Shown piece by piece: positions 1-9,645 of a stretch of 15,517 nt of DNA. Source of the DNA: Elysia marginata (lineage: Eukaryota). The notes beneath the pieces are model-generated. The model saw only the letters and a list, made by a program, of their open reading frames with translations, had not been told where the DNA came from and did not search any database. Made by a program: the position numbers and the translations under genes. The DNA lies in the NCBI GenBank assembly GCA_019649035.1, contig BMAT01011902.1, forward strand, positions 296,901 to 312,417, written 5' to 3'. Numbering within the stretch: position 1 is the first letter of the stretch; every line of letters starts with the position of its first letter.

Positions 1-18
1 ACACACACACACATACAC
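1..18. repeat. (AC)n microsatellite
   Basis: ACACACACACACATACAC at the window start. Confidence 0.9.
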
Positions 19-351
19 AAGAAAAAATGTGAGAATATTTTCCTGCACTCAACAAGTAATTTATTTATAATAAAGACTTAATTTAGTTTTGATGGAGAAG
101 GCGGGTACATTACTAGATAAAGCTTCTTCCTATATTAAAACTTTTGGTGAAATAATAGATCACTTGTCAGAAAAAAAACTGGTTGTCAGTCTGTTTACAT
201 TGTTGTTTCAAAAATAATTGAGGTAGATAAGAAGTTTGAGAGTACTTGAGTGTTTTTGTATAATTTCTCAGTATATTAAATTTTTAAGATATCTACCTCA
301 TTTATCAACCATAAAACCAGGCCTTAATCAATGTTTGTTTTTCACCAACAG

Positions 352-501
352 GAAGTTTCTCGCAGCCCTGGTGACAGGTGGATGATCCGAGGGCCCAAAG
401 AGTATGTTCCCCCTGTGGAGGTGGAGGTTGTGATGAAGAGACAAGCTATCCCCATGGATGAGAATGAGGGCATTTATGTGCGCGACATCAAGAGTGGAAA
501 G
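352..501 (+). CDS. MVP: Major vault protein internal exon ([50 protein letters not shown]), phase 0 to phase 0
   Basis: Polypyrimidine tract plus CAG acceptor at 349-351 and AAG|GTAATT donor at 502-503. The translation closely matches vertebrate MVP at ...[39 protein letters not shown]. Confidence 0.88.
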
Positions 502-822
502 GTAATTCTCTCTCAATGCTGTTCAGAAAAACCCCCAGGGAAAGCCAATTTTTAAAAAATTGATATTTTCTGTTATAGGGTAAAATTTGACTTAAAAATG
601 TTTTGCATAACACAACAATATAATTTATGAAGTAGTCTCCTTAAAATTACATAGAAGAATAGTTGGTTCGCCCTTTAAATCCCCTATGACAAAAAAATCT
701 TTATTTGTTTTGCATTTTGAGCGAATGATTCAGAAGTCAAAATAGCTTTTGAGAAAACATTTATGTGTCTATTTTTTCTTCTTTTTTTTTCTAGTATTTC
801 AAATCAATGAAAGTTTACATTT

Positions 823-910
823 CTTTTGACAAAATATTGATAAGCCTAGAAAAATGTCTTGTTCAAAACAGCAACTTCTTTTAAAAATTTCAACATCTAA
901 CTCATTCACC
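823..910 (+). repeat. Dispersed intronic repeat, copy A (MVP intron)
   Basis: Three collinear blocks are shared with 5597-5716: TTTTGACAAAATATTGA, the 27-mer GAAAAATGTCTTGTTCAAAACAGCAAC (27/27 identical) and CTCATTCACC. Confidence 0.6.
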
Positions 911-1159
911 CCAGATGCAAGACAGTTTATTTTGAATTTGCTTAATTTTTAAAGTCAGATGGGTCTCATAACTCTAATCTTTCAAATCTTGTGACATAAT
1001 ATAGGTTGCAAAGCAATATTTTTTTTATCTGAAAACATGTTCAGCTTCCAACCCATTTATACTAAATATACTAAATTCCACAACTAGACTCATCTTGTGG
1101 GCACAGAATAGTGATCAAGTTTTCGGCAAAATTTATTTATTAACTTTCATCGTCCACAG

Positions 1160-1392
1160 GTGCGTGCTATCCAGGGTGTTACATACATGCTGAACCAAGA
1201 TGAGGAACTCTGGGCCAAAGAACTTCCACCGGCAGTGGAGAATCTGCTGACCGTTGACCACATGGCTGAGAGGAGTGACCGCCAAGGTGTTAAAGATGCC
1301 AAGGGTACCAGAGACAAAACTCGTGTTGTCAACTTTCGAGTGCCTCACAATGCAGCTGTGCAGATCTATGACTACAAAGAGAAAAAAGCAAG
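1160..1392 (+). CDS. MVP: MVP exon ([24 protein letters not shown]...[18 protein letters not shown] + 2 nt), starts phase 0 and ends phase 2
   Basis: CACAG acceptor at 1158-1159 and CAAG|GTAAGA donor at 1393-1394. Matches MVP at [30 protein letters not shown]...[26 protein letters not shown]. Confidence 0.9.
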
Positions 1393-2274
1393 GTAAGAAT
1401 GGATCGTTCTACTGTTTTTTTGTTTACCATGTAAAGGAAGCTATTTGACACATAATCATCATACTTTTTGTTCAGTGCAAAATTCTCTTTGCCTTATTTT
1501 TGAGCATCCAGTAAAATCCTGACTATCAACACCACAAGACTGGACAAAAAATAAAAGATAAATGTGGATGAATGTCTTCTTAAACTTTAAGAAAAAAGAA
1601 AGAAAAGACTACCAAAAGAGGTTGGCTTATAGCAAGCAAGTCCCCTTAAGAGTGTTTTACTGATAACAGAATCCTCAATTCATTGTTTGATTACATATGA
1701 TAATGTTGATCTCACCACTAACTGATTGTTTAGCAATGTCTGTGATGAGTTTTTTATATCCCCTGTATTTTTTCTCTGTGTCACAGGCAGGTTCGTAGAC
1801 AATTAGGTGCATTGCAATTGAATAGCTGTATATGACACTTGTAGAATGGGAAACACAATAAGAAAGTTTAACTATGAAAAGGAAAAAAATACCTTTTCAT
1901 TGATTTGGGTCATTCAGTTGTATTATACCAAACAAAAAAATCCTTTATAAAGTTAATATGATTTTGTCAAATAAGAATCTTGGTTTTGTGATATATTTAG
2001 TGAGGGAGATGGCAGAAATTATATTTTTTGGAAAGAGTGAATTGGTATCATCATAGAGGTTTTTGAAGCTCTTGAACTAAAAATGATTTCTCGATTTAGG
2101 GATTTGAAAACATGTCGTCTATGTCATACCTCTCAAAATGCGTCTTTACTAACAAAATCGAAGTTGTTTTATTCTTAAATCACTGAAATTATGCACCATA
2201 CCTCTCACACCTTTCAAATAAAAAAACACCCCATTTTTAAAAATTTCTCACATATGTGGCTTTTTGTTTTTCAG

Positions 2275-2472
2275 AGTTATTTTTGGGCCAGAACTTGTGA
2301 TGCTCGGCCCAGATGAGCAGTTCACACAATTGAGCCTGTCAGGAGGAAAGCCTAAGAAGCCCAACATGATTAAGTCCCTTTGTCTGCTCTTGGGGCCTGA
2401 CTTCTGTACAGATATCATTGTTGTTGAGACGGCCGACCATGCTCGGCTATCTCTTCAGCTGTCATACAACTG
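2275..2472 (+). CDS. MVP: MVP exon ((R)[65 protein letters not shown] + TG of W)
   Basis: TTTTCAG acceptor at 2273-2274 completes the split Arg codon. Donor is TG|GTTAGG with GT at 2473-2474. Matches MVP at [29 protein letters not shown]...[32 protein letters not shown]. Confidence 0.9.
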
Positions 2473-2489
2473 GTTAGGGCCTTTCTCTG

Positions 2490-2517
2490 TTTTTTTTTTT
2501 TTCTTTTTTTTTTTTTT
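2490..2517. repeat. Poly-T tract of 28 nt with one C, located in the intron immediately after the exon donor
   Basis: TTTTTTTTTTTTTCTTTTTTTTTTTTTT. Confidence 0.9.
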
Positions 2518-2912
2518 GACGTAAAAAAGCTTTGGCTTGCTAGGTTTTGCTCTCTGATTATTAGACACAACTATAGAAATAAAAGATGACAAAACATCTT
2601 ACTGTGTAGTTTAATCTATGATAATTGCAAATTTATGGAGTGCCTATAATCTACAAAAGCAGTGTACTGAGCACTGTGCATGGTAAACGCTGAAGATAAA
2701 ACACATCCATTCACTAAAAATACACAATGGGCAATATTATCATTTACATAATGGTTTAAAAAGAGGCTGTAAGATTGTTTGCACACACAAAAAGTAAAAA
2801 AAAAAAACAACTCATTTTTCTCTATAAAAGGGAAATAAAAAGTAAGGTAGAGATCATTTTATGTATTGATGACCAGAACTTGAAAACTTGTATTGTAACA
2901 TTTTCTAAACAG

Positions 2913-3054
2913 GCATTTTGATTACGCAAAGCAAACAGCAGAGGAAGCAGCGAAACTGTTCAGTGTGCCTGATTTCACTGGTGATGCTTGCAAGGCGATT
3001 GCTTCTCGAGTGAGAGGGGCTGTTGCACAGGTCCAGTTTGACGATTTCCACAAG
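2913..3054 (+). CDS. MVP: MVP exon ((W)[47 protein letters not shown])
   Basis: AAACAG acceptor at 2911-2912 supplies the G completing Trp. AAG|GTGAGT donor at 3055-3056. Matches MVP at [48 protein letters not shown]. Confidence 0.9.
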
Positions 3055-4255
3055 GTGAGTCCACTTGGTTGTTGATCGTGCAGCAATTTCAAAATGTTAG
3101 AAACCTTTGCTCTTGATGGTTTATCTTTTCTCAAGCTTCATTTAAGGCTGAAAATAAAATAAAAACACATGTGTGGTGATTGAACGAAACCCGCTGGAAC
3201 TCGGTAAAGTTAGTTCTGTGCTAGTGGTTTAAAGTGAAAATATTGATGGTAAATCGATACTCAGCCAACACCAAAATTTATTTTCAGAACCTTTCTTGTT
3301 CTAGATTTAATCTAGATCTTGGTCCATTATTGGTAGATCATAAAATCAGATTTAGACCTAGATTCTACTCTAGATCTGTCAGCTGTTGGATGATCGGTAA
3401 GTGCTACGCAAGGCCGTATTTAGTCCATAGTGTGAAAGCAAGCTTCATCTCGACAAAATGTAGGCTGCATTAAGTCGGCTAGATCACTTTTGGTCAAAGG
3501 AAAAGCAGTTAAATAGTGCTATACACTAAAGGTGGAAACAAGATGATGGTATGAAAGCAGAATTTTAAGTGTAAAAGGAGCTTTTAATTTTTCTTTCATG
3601 CAAGAATTGTTGATAATGAAATCTCTGAACATAGCAATGATGTTCAAAATGTTTTAACGACTGAAAACAATGTTTTTATTGTTAAACACTTTGAAAAACA
3701 GTGGAAAAAGCCTTAACTCTAAACATGATTTTCTCAGTTTCTACTTTTTACGAGTGAATGTCTTTGAAAGGCCATAACTTTGGTTCTAATTAAGATATTT
3801 ACAAAATTTAAACAGCATTCTAATCAGAAAAGGTTGTTCTCCATAAAAAAAAGTAAAAACAAAATATCCCTCATTGGCGAGTTGTGGAGGGTTTCCCCAT
3901 ATACCCACACAGATTTAAACAAAAAGGATCCTTTTTGTTATCTCAACTCAATGATAATTTTAATATTTTTGCATATCCTTAAATACTTTAAAAAATGATT
4001 GGATGCGAATATGGTCTTAATTTTGTTGCAGATTTTAATAATAGATGCTTGTTCTTATTCTGAAATGATGCGGTTGCAAATGCCATAAATTGTCCTGTCC
4101 TGATTTTGTAGTTGTTAAAAACGACCTTAATTAGTAAAAGGTCCCACTCTTCCAAAATGGTACCATTTAATTGGGATCAACTTTGTTGACTTTTAGCAAT
4201 GTTTAAAAAAAATCAGGTTTGTCTGTGTTCAGCAAAGCAATTATTTTATATCGCA

Positions 4256-4271
4256 ATATATATATATATAA
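4256..4271. repeat. (AT)n microsatellite
   Basis: ATATATATATATATAA in the intron. Confidence 0.85.
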
Positions 4272-4375
4272 AAATGTGTATTGTGCTTTGCATTATAGTC
4301 ATTCTTTTAAATCAAAACACCAAATAAATCTCAACTTTCAGGAGTTAATGCTTTGTCACCATGCTTGCCTTTCAG

Positions 4376-4587
4376 AATTCTGCCAAAATCATCCGTGCTT
4401 CTGTGTTTGGCATGGACACCAATGGTAAAGTGAAGGAGCAGTTCAACTTTCCCCAGAACAATCTCGTCATAACGAGCATAGATATCCAGTCTGTGGAACC
4501 GGTAGACCAGAGGACGAGAGACGCCCTGCAGAAGTCGGTGCAGCTGGCTATTGAGATCACAACAAACTCTCAGGAGGCTGCCGCCAG
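4376..4587 (+). CDS. MVP: MVP exon ([70 protein letters not shown] + AG)
   Basis: CCTTTCAG acceptor at 4374-4375 and CAG|GTGCTG donor at 4588-4589. Near-identical to vertebrate MVP at NSARIIRTAVFGF...[48 protein letters not shown]. Confidence 0.92.
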
Positions 4588-4961
4588 GTGCTGCCTAAGA
4601 TTTCCAGCTTGAGTTCAAGGCTTCTTTGTGTTTCATTAGTTTTAAACCAATCGATTCATTTCACTGGATGTAGAAGATGTGAATGTCTAAAAAATGATAG
4701 ACCATAGTACTGCTCTCTTAAAAAAAGACCAATGTTTTGCCTTTCTCTGTTAATGTAACACTACTGATACTTTAAAAAGAACAGAATAAGGATGGCAATG
4801 TAAGAAGTCTTTGTTAGATTTAGCTGAAGAACTGAGTCAAAGAGAGCTCAGAAGTATTTAATGTGTTGTGAAAACAAACTCGATGAAGCTGACGAGAAGT
4901 TCATCAACTGCTTACTCGAAATGATAGAGTTTAACCCAAAATTTTCTTTCCTTACCATTAG

Positions 4962-5205
4962 GCACGAAGCCGAACGTCTGGAGCAGGAGGCCAAGGGCAG
5001 ACTTGAGAGGCAGAAAATCACAGACGAAGCAGAGGCAGAAAAGGCCAGGAAACAACTGCTGGAGCTGCAAGCCAACAGCGCTGCGGTGGAGAGCACAGGA
5101 CAGGCCAAGGCTGAGGCCCAGAGTAGAGCAGAGGCCTCCAAGATTGAGGGTGAGGCAGCAGTGGAGCAAGCCAAACTCAAGTCAATGGCATCCAAGATTG
5201 AGGCT
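4962..5205 (+). CDS. MVP: MVP coiled-coil (cap-helix) exon ((R)[81 protein letters not shown])
   Basis: CATTAG acceptor at 4960-4961 completes the split Arg. GCT|GTAAGT donor at 5206-5207. Matches MVP at [80 protein letters not shown]. Confidence 0.9.
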
Positions 5206-5596
5206 GTAAGTGGTTAGAGTTAAGGGTTGACTTACTTTCTCTTGTGTTGAAATCTTCTTGACATCAAATAGGTCATCTATCCCTGAAAAAAACTGTTACA
5301 TACAAAACCAATTAAACTAGGAAAAAAAAAGCCCTACAAAACTCACAATTAGCAACTTCTATCTTTTGTGTGCAGGGAAGTAATTAGAAATAACCAGTGA
5401 TTTGTATTTATGTCCCTTTAAATGTTGATGGAGCTTTACGTTTGTCACACATTCCTGGAATGACTGATAAATTTAATATTTTCTCGCATTCAGGGTTATT
5501 GAATCGGAAATTAGAAATCCCTCCCCCTCCCCCTTTTTTTTTAAAATTCTATTTAAAAGTCTATTTTTACTTCTTTTATATAAACAAAATTATTAT

Positions 5597-5716
5597 CTTT
5601 TCACAAAATATTGAAATAATTATGAATTTTTTTGACATTTGGTAGCTTGGAAAAATGTCTTGTTCAAAACAGCAACACCTTTGAGGATGCAAATAGCGAT
5701 TTCCGACTCATTCACC
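5597..5716 (+). repeat. Dispersed intronic repeat, copy B (a different MVP intron, same orientation)
   Basis: TTTTCACAAAATATTGA ... GGAAAAATGTCTTGTTCAAAACAGCAAC ... CTCATTCACC. The spacers between blocks differ in length and sequence from copy A. Confidence 0.6.
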
Positions 5717-6071
5717 TTAAAAACTAGAAATTAACTATTCATTTTTGTAAAGTTAAACATTTTTTTGTGATGACCAATCACAGATGGATATTTCGAGATG
5801 TTGAACCTGTGCAAGAGGTTGTGGGTTTTATCCCCAGTCCAGGCAAATTCTTATTCTCTGCAACCCAGCCTGAGACATTGGATAGCTGAGTCCTTGTAAA
5901 GTTTTATAGCAAACTGCCACACAACTCTATAATGAGGATCCTTCTTCTTGTTTCCTGACTGTGGTATTAAGTGTAGGACATAGTTGACTTTTTATCTTAA
6001 ATTTATTTGGACCATGCAAAGGACTAATTCTATATCTAAAACCTTTTTTTTAAAAATCCTAAATCTATCAG

Positions 6072-6260
6072 GAGTCTGAGCTAGACCGCCTGACCCAGGC
6101 TCGGGAAGCCGAACTGAAATATTCGTCAGAGCAGAACAGGATGGAGCTGGGCAAGGCCCAGGAGCTATCAGCCATCGAGATCAAGAAGTTCAAAGAGATG
6201 GTCGAATCGATTGGAGCCAACACACTCCTCGCCATGGCAACGGCTGGTCCAGACATGCAG
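6072..6260 (+). CDS. MVP: MVP exon (ESELDRLTQAREAELKYSSEQNRMELGKAQELSAIEIKKFKEMVESIGANTLLAMATAGPDMQ)
   Basis: CTATCAG acceptor at 6070-6071 and CAG|GTAAAT donor at 6261-6262. Matches MVP at ...[26 protein letters not shown]. Confidence 0.88.
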
Positions 6261-6399
6261 GTAAATAAGATGTAGCCTAAGCAACATATTGTCACGTCTG
6301 GCTTGCTAAACCATAAAAAACATCGTTCATTGTTTTAGTCTAGAGATGTTGTCAATTGATAAACTTTGAAATGGGGAAACAATCTATTAGTAATAACAT

Positions 6400-6600
6400 T
6401 GATACTAAAAGTAATTGTAGTCATAATAGTTGTAATAATAATGCTTATAATAAATTTTAAAGTAACGTCAATAATTATGGTCTGAATAATGAAAATGTTA
6501 AAAAATATTGTTATAAATAATAATGATGGTAATAGTGATGTTCATGATGATTATAATAAGAATAATGATTATAATGCTTTTGATGTTGTCATAAAGAAGG
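6400..6600. repeat. AAT/GAT-rich low-complexity block with triplet periodicity (last MVP intron)
   Basis: Reiterated AATAAT, GATGAT and TAATAA units, for example AATAATAATGATGGTAATAGTGATGTTCATGATGATTATAATAAGAATAATGATTATAATGC. Confidence 0.7.
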
Positions 6601-6713
6601 CAATAAGATGATTTTTTTCCTGTAAGTAGTTTTTCTTTTTCTTATAAATTTGCATTCAATTCACAAGAACTTAAACATGTGAACTAATCAACCTTCATCC
6701 CTCCTTCTCATAG

Positions 6714-6869
6714 GTGCGCATGCTGCAGGCCCTGGGCTTGAAGTCGACGCTCATTACCGATGGTTCATCTCCCATCAACCTGTTCAACACAGCATCTGGT
6801 CTCATTGGAGGCCTGGTGCCAGCAAAACCTGGCAGAGCACAGACCGCGGATGATGATGATGATGTGTAG
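6714..6869 (+). CDS. MVP: MVP terminal coding exon ([51 protein letters not shown], then TAG stop)
   Basis: TCTCATAG acceptor at 6712-6713. Matches MVP at [32 protein letters not shown]. In-frame TAG at 6867-6869. The poly-Asp tail is encoded by (GAT)5. Confidence 0.88.
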   Translation: MRMLQALGLKSTLITDGSSPINLFNTASGLIGGLVPAKPGRAQTADDDDDV

Positions 6870-7060
6870 ATGCAGAACTGGTCTTTAGCTTTACTTGATT
6901 CAAGCATAGAGAGGGGGCAATAACACTTTCCACCATTTAGGCTACATTTGTTCAAGAAAGAATCCTTTGAAAAGTTAAACATTTCATTTAAAAGAACTGC
7001 ATGAGTTCGAAAATATAGGAAGGCATGTGAAAATAAAACCAAAGGAATATAATCTATCAA
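6870..7060 (+). other. MVP: Probable MVP 3' UTR with an AATAAA polyadenylation signal at 7032-7037
   Basis: Non-coding sequence follows the stop. The canonical AATAAA lies about 165 nt downstream, within GAAAATAAAACC. A second AATAAA near 8368 could serve a longer UTR isoform. Confidence 0.4.
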
Positions 7061-9494
7061 TTGTTTAAACTCCATTGGAAAAGTATAAAGGAGGGAGCCG
7101 GATAAAAAGCATTGCAAATTTTCATGAAAAGATCTTTCAGCAAAGACTTTGTTGGTCCTTTAAAATGCAATTAATTTTAAATTGCGAGCATTCAGTGTTG
7201 CCCATCGCCCCATATAATCCAGTTCTGTTTAAAGTTAATCAGGGAATTTATTTAGTAAGGTCTGCCTTTGGCTCAGGCTTAAATGAAATGACACTTAGAT
7301 CTGTAGTCTACACTATAGTAGATCTTTGTCTGATGAAGATACAGAGAGCTCCTAATGGAAACATCTTTTAATGATGAATTTATTGTTGTATACCACTCAT
7401 TAAATTTCCAAAACAAAATATGTAAAGCGATATTTTTTACATATATTGTCGTCATTTTTAGATTTTATGTAAGCTGTGAAATCACATTGTTGTAATCTAT
7501 TCTTGTTTCATTCTTTAAAACTTTATTTGCTGTGACAATTTGATATAACTTATTTAGACTTATATATGTAGAATGTACAGTACAACCGCCTGAACCGCCT
7601 GTTGTATAATTATCATTTAGTTTCTACAGTTTGTGTGTGACTCATATCAAGTGAAGGACCTCATGCCATTCTTATGAAATAAGCGCATCAATGGTGTCAT
7701 GTTACTTTTTTACACTATTGAAGTAAATCATGTTTGTTGTAAAATTGATCACTAGACTTTCTCTTCTATTTTGACTCATTTTTTCGTAATGACCCACACA
7801 AACCATATTCCATGGAGTATTTACTGTATAAAGTGTTGCCTTGGTTAGTGTTATAAGTCGTTGCTCAATTTTTTATACAATCTTTTATTTTCGAAATGGG
7901 AACAGTTTCTTAAATTTTCATTGGTTTTGATTATAATAAGATTTTTGGCTTTAAAGAAATACCAAAATATAAGCTAAAATCTTCGAGTTTAAGGGGGCAA
8001 AAAGAAGACTTTAAAAATTAGCCTTAAAAAAAAATCCAAACAAACAAGCTATATTTTGTGTATTGCAAGCTTGGCTTCCCGGAGTTTGAGGTTGTTGGAC
8101 TTTTGTTTTGCTTGTTACTGTCTACAGAAGACATTACCTGTACAGGGACTTTTTATTTTTGAACAAATTTAGTTTCCCTTTTTTTTCCCTTACACATGCA
8201 ATATCAATTGATAGATAATTCACGTGACTCGACTCAACTGTGATGAAAGTTTGTGGTTTTTTGTTTGCTTTTTCACAATCTCATATTTCTTAAAATTTTC
8301 TTTTGTTTTTGAATAAGTGTAAATTAAGTTTTTTTTTCTGAGTTTTCAACATTGAATTCTACAACAAATAAATCATTCTTTTGTTACAAACTTGTGATAT
8401 TCAAACTAATAAATTTAAAATCCAGTTTACACACATCTTTGTTCTATGTATGCTTTTTTTTCAACTTACATTTTGGTAGTACCAGTTTGTGTCAAGACCC
8501 ATTGCAGTTGAAAGCCAAGGTACAGGTTTAATTTTTGAAATCATTTGTCCATTAAGAGTAATTATATCACTAGAAGAGACATTAGGCAGGAGACAGCAAA
8601 GCTAATGATTTTCAATATAGGTCTTGCTTTTAAAAGTTATTTAATTCTGCAATGTTGCACATTAGGTTATAAAAATCTTATGCTAGAAGGATAAGAGAAG
8701 TCTTCTGCAAAATATTTTTCTTTTTAAAACAACAATGATACCTGAAGACTTGCATTGAAATATTTTTTTTCTTTGGTTTATGGCAGGTTTGAGAAAAAAA
8801 ATAGCCCAGCTGTGGCTCCCAACTTAGCTAAAAAAAAGGTGTTGAATAGTGTCAGCAAAAGAATATCAGTTTAATATAAAATTTCACTGGTGATAAACTC
8901 CAGAAAAGTTGTAAGATGTAATTTCTGTTTTCAAGGATCCCATTGAAAAGCAGACCTGTCCTTTTTATTCTGTAAGGAGCACTGCATTGTTTCTAAATTT
9001 GTCATCAGAGAAAAAGAAACATCAATGATTTTTTTATTTCATTTCTAATAATTTTGCCATCATTTCGGGCATTCTTCTTAAAGCATGCTTCTACCCACCT
9101 CTAATTTCATACTGTACCTAAAATCTTGTAATCAGCTCTTATCAGGAGTTGTTTACTTCGGTCTGAATTGTTATAATACTCGGCAGCTCTGCACTTAGCC
9201 CTGCCGATGTTTACCATAAGTCTAGCGTACGGTACTAAAATCACTTAGATGACATCAAACACCTAAAGCTAGTTTACCCTCAAAATATTCGAATCCATAT
9301 TTATGAACCCAAGCACCACCTAATTACATAGTGGACGAGAGAGACAGACACTTGAAAGCTGAAAGTAATCTTATTTTGTATCCTCGGGAAAAGGTTTAAT
9401 TTTTACGGATACCAGACTGTCCGGGCCCCTACTGGTTGGGTCCGTGTCAGTATAATGTGACCGGCTGAGGCCAAGTCATGGTATCACCGCTAGT

Positions 9495-9645
9495 AGAGGC
9501 CTTTAGCACACGCACCGTGTTTCATTACGCGTACGTGAAAATCGGGAAAGCAGATTGAGAAACTATAAAAATAATGAAACCAGTTTCTAAAAATAGACCC
9601 ACAGACGTTCGCGTCATACTCACGCGTTGCTGCTTAAAGTCTGTA
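9495..9645 (+). mobile_element. Solo arm (half-copy) of the same foldback element family
   Basis: This 151-bp stretch is about 94% identical to the left arm of the 14959-15263 palindrome (AGAGGCCTTTAGCACACGCACCGTGT...GCTGCTTAAAGTCTGTA). It begins at the same terminus and stops exactly at the position matching the palindrome centre. No inverted partner arm lies nearby. Confidence 0.75.

Noticed and set aside
331-351. ATG-initiated extension (MFVFHQQ) upstream of the first MVP exon in the ORF track
   Set aside because: The sequence is a polypyrimidine tract plus CAG, which is a 3' splice acceptor. The MVP homology begins after the AG, so the ATG is intronic.
3290-3385. Cluster of CTAGAT / TAGATCT short palindromic motifs, including the near-palindrome TCTAGATTTAATCTAGA
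   Set aside because: The stems are short and imperfect. No TIR or TSD structure or second copy was found, so this is likely chance low-complexity sequence within an intron.
4848-5209. Overlapping ORFs of 115 aa (-), 85 aa (-) and 68 aa (+, alternate frame) across the MVP coiled-coil exon
   Set aside because: They arise from the low-complexity A/E/K/Q-rich coiled-coil coding sequence, read antisense or out of frame. The in-frame + strand reading matches MVP precisely, so these are artefacts.
6695-7117. 140-aa minus-strand ORF overlapping the MVP terminal exon and 3' UTR
   Set aside because: It is antisense to a well-supported MVP exon, has no recognisable domain and no splice or promoter context. 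It is most likely a chance ORF.
9280-9300. TTCGAATCC motif resembling a tRNA T-arm or Pol III box B, raising the idea of a tRNA or vault-RNA gene near MVP
   Set aside because: No upstream box A, no acceptor or D-stem complementarity and no T-run terminator in range, so no cloverleaf can be built. Vault RNA genes are not known to be linked to MVP.
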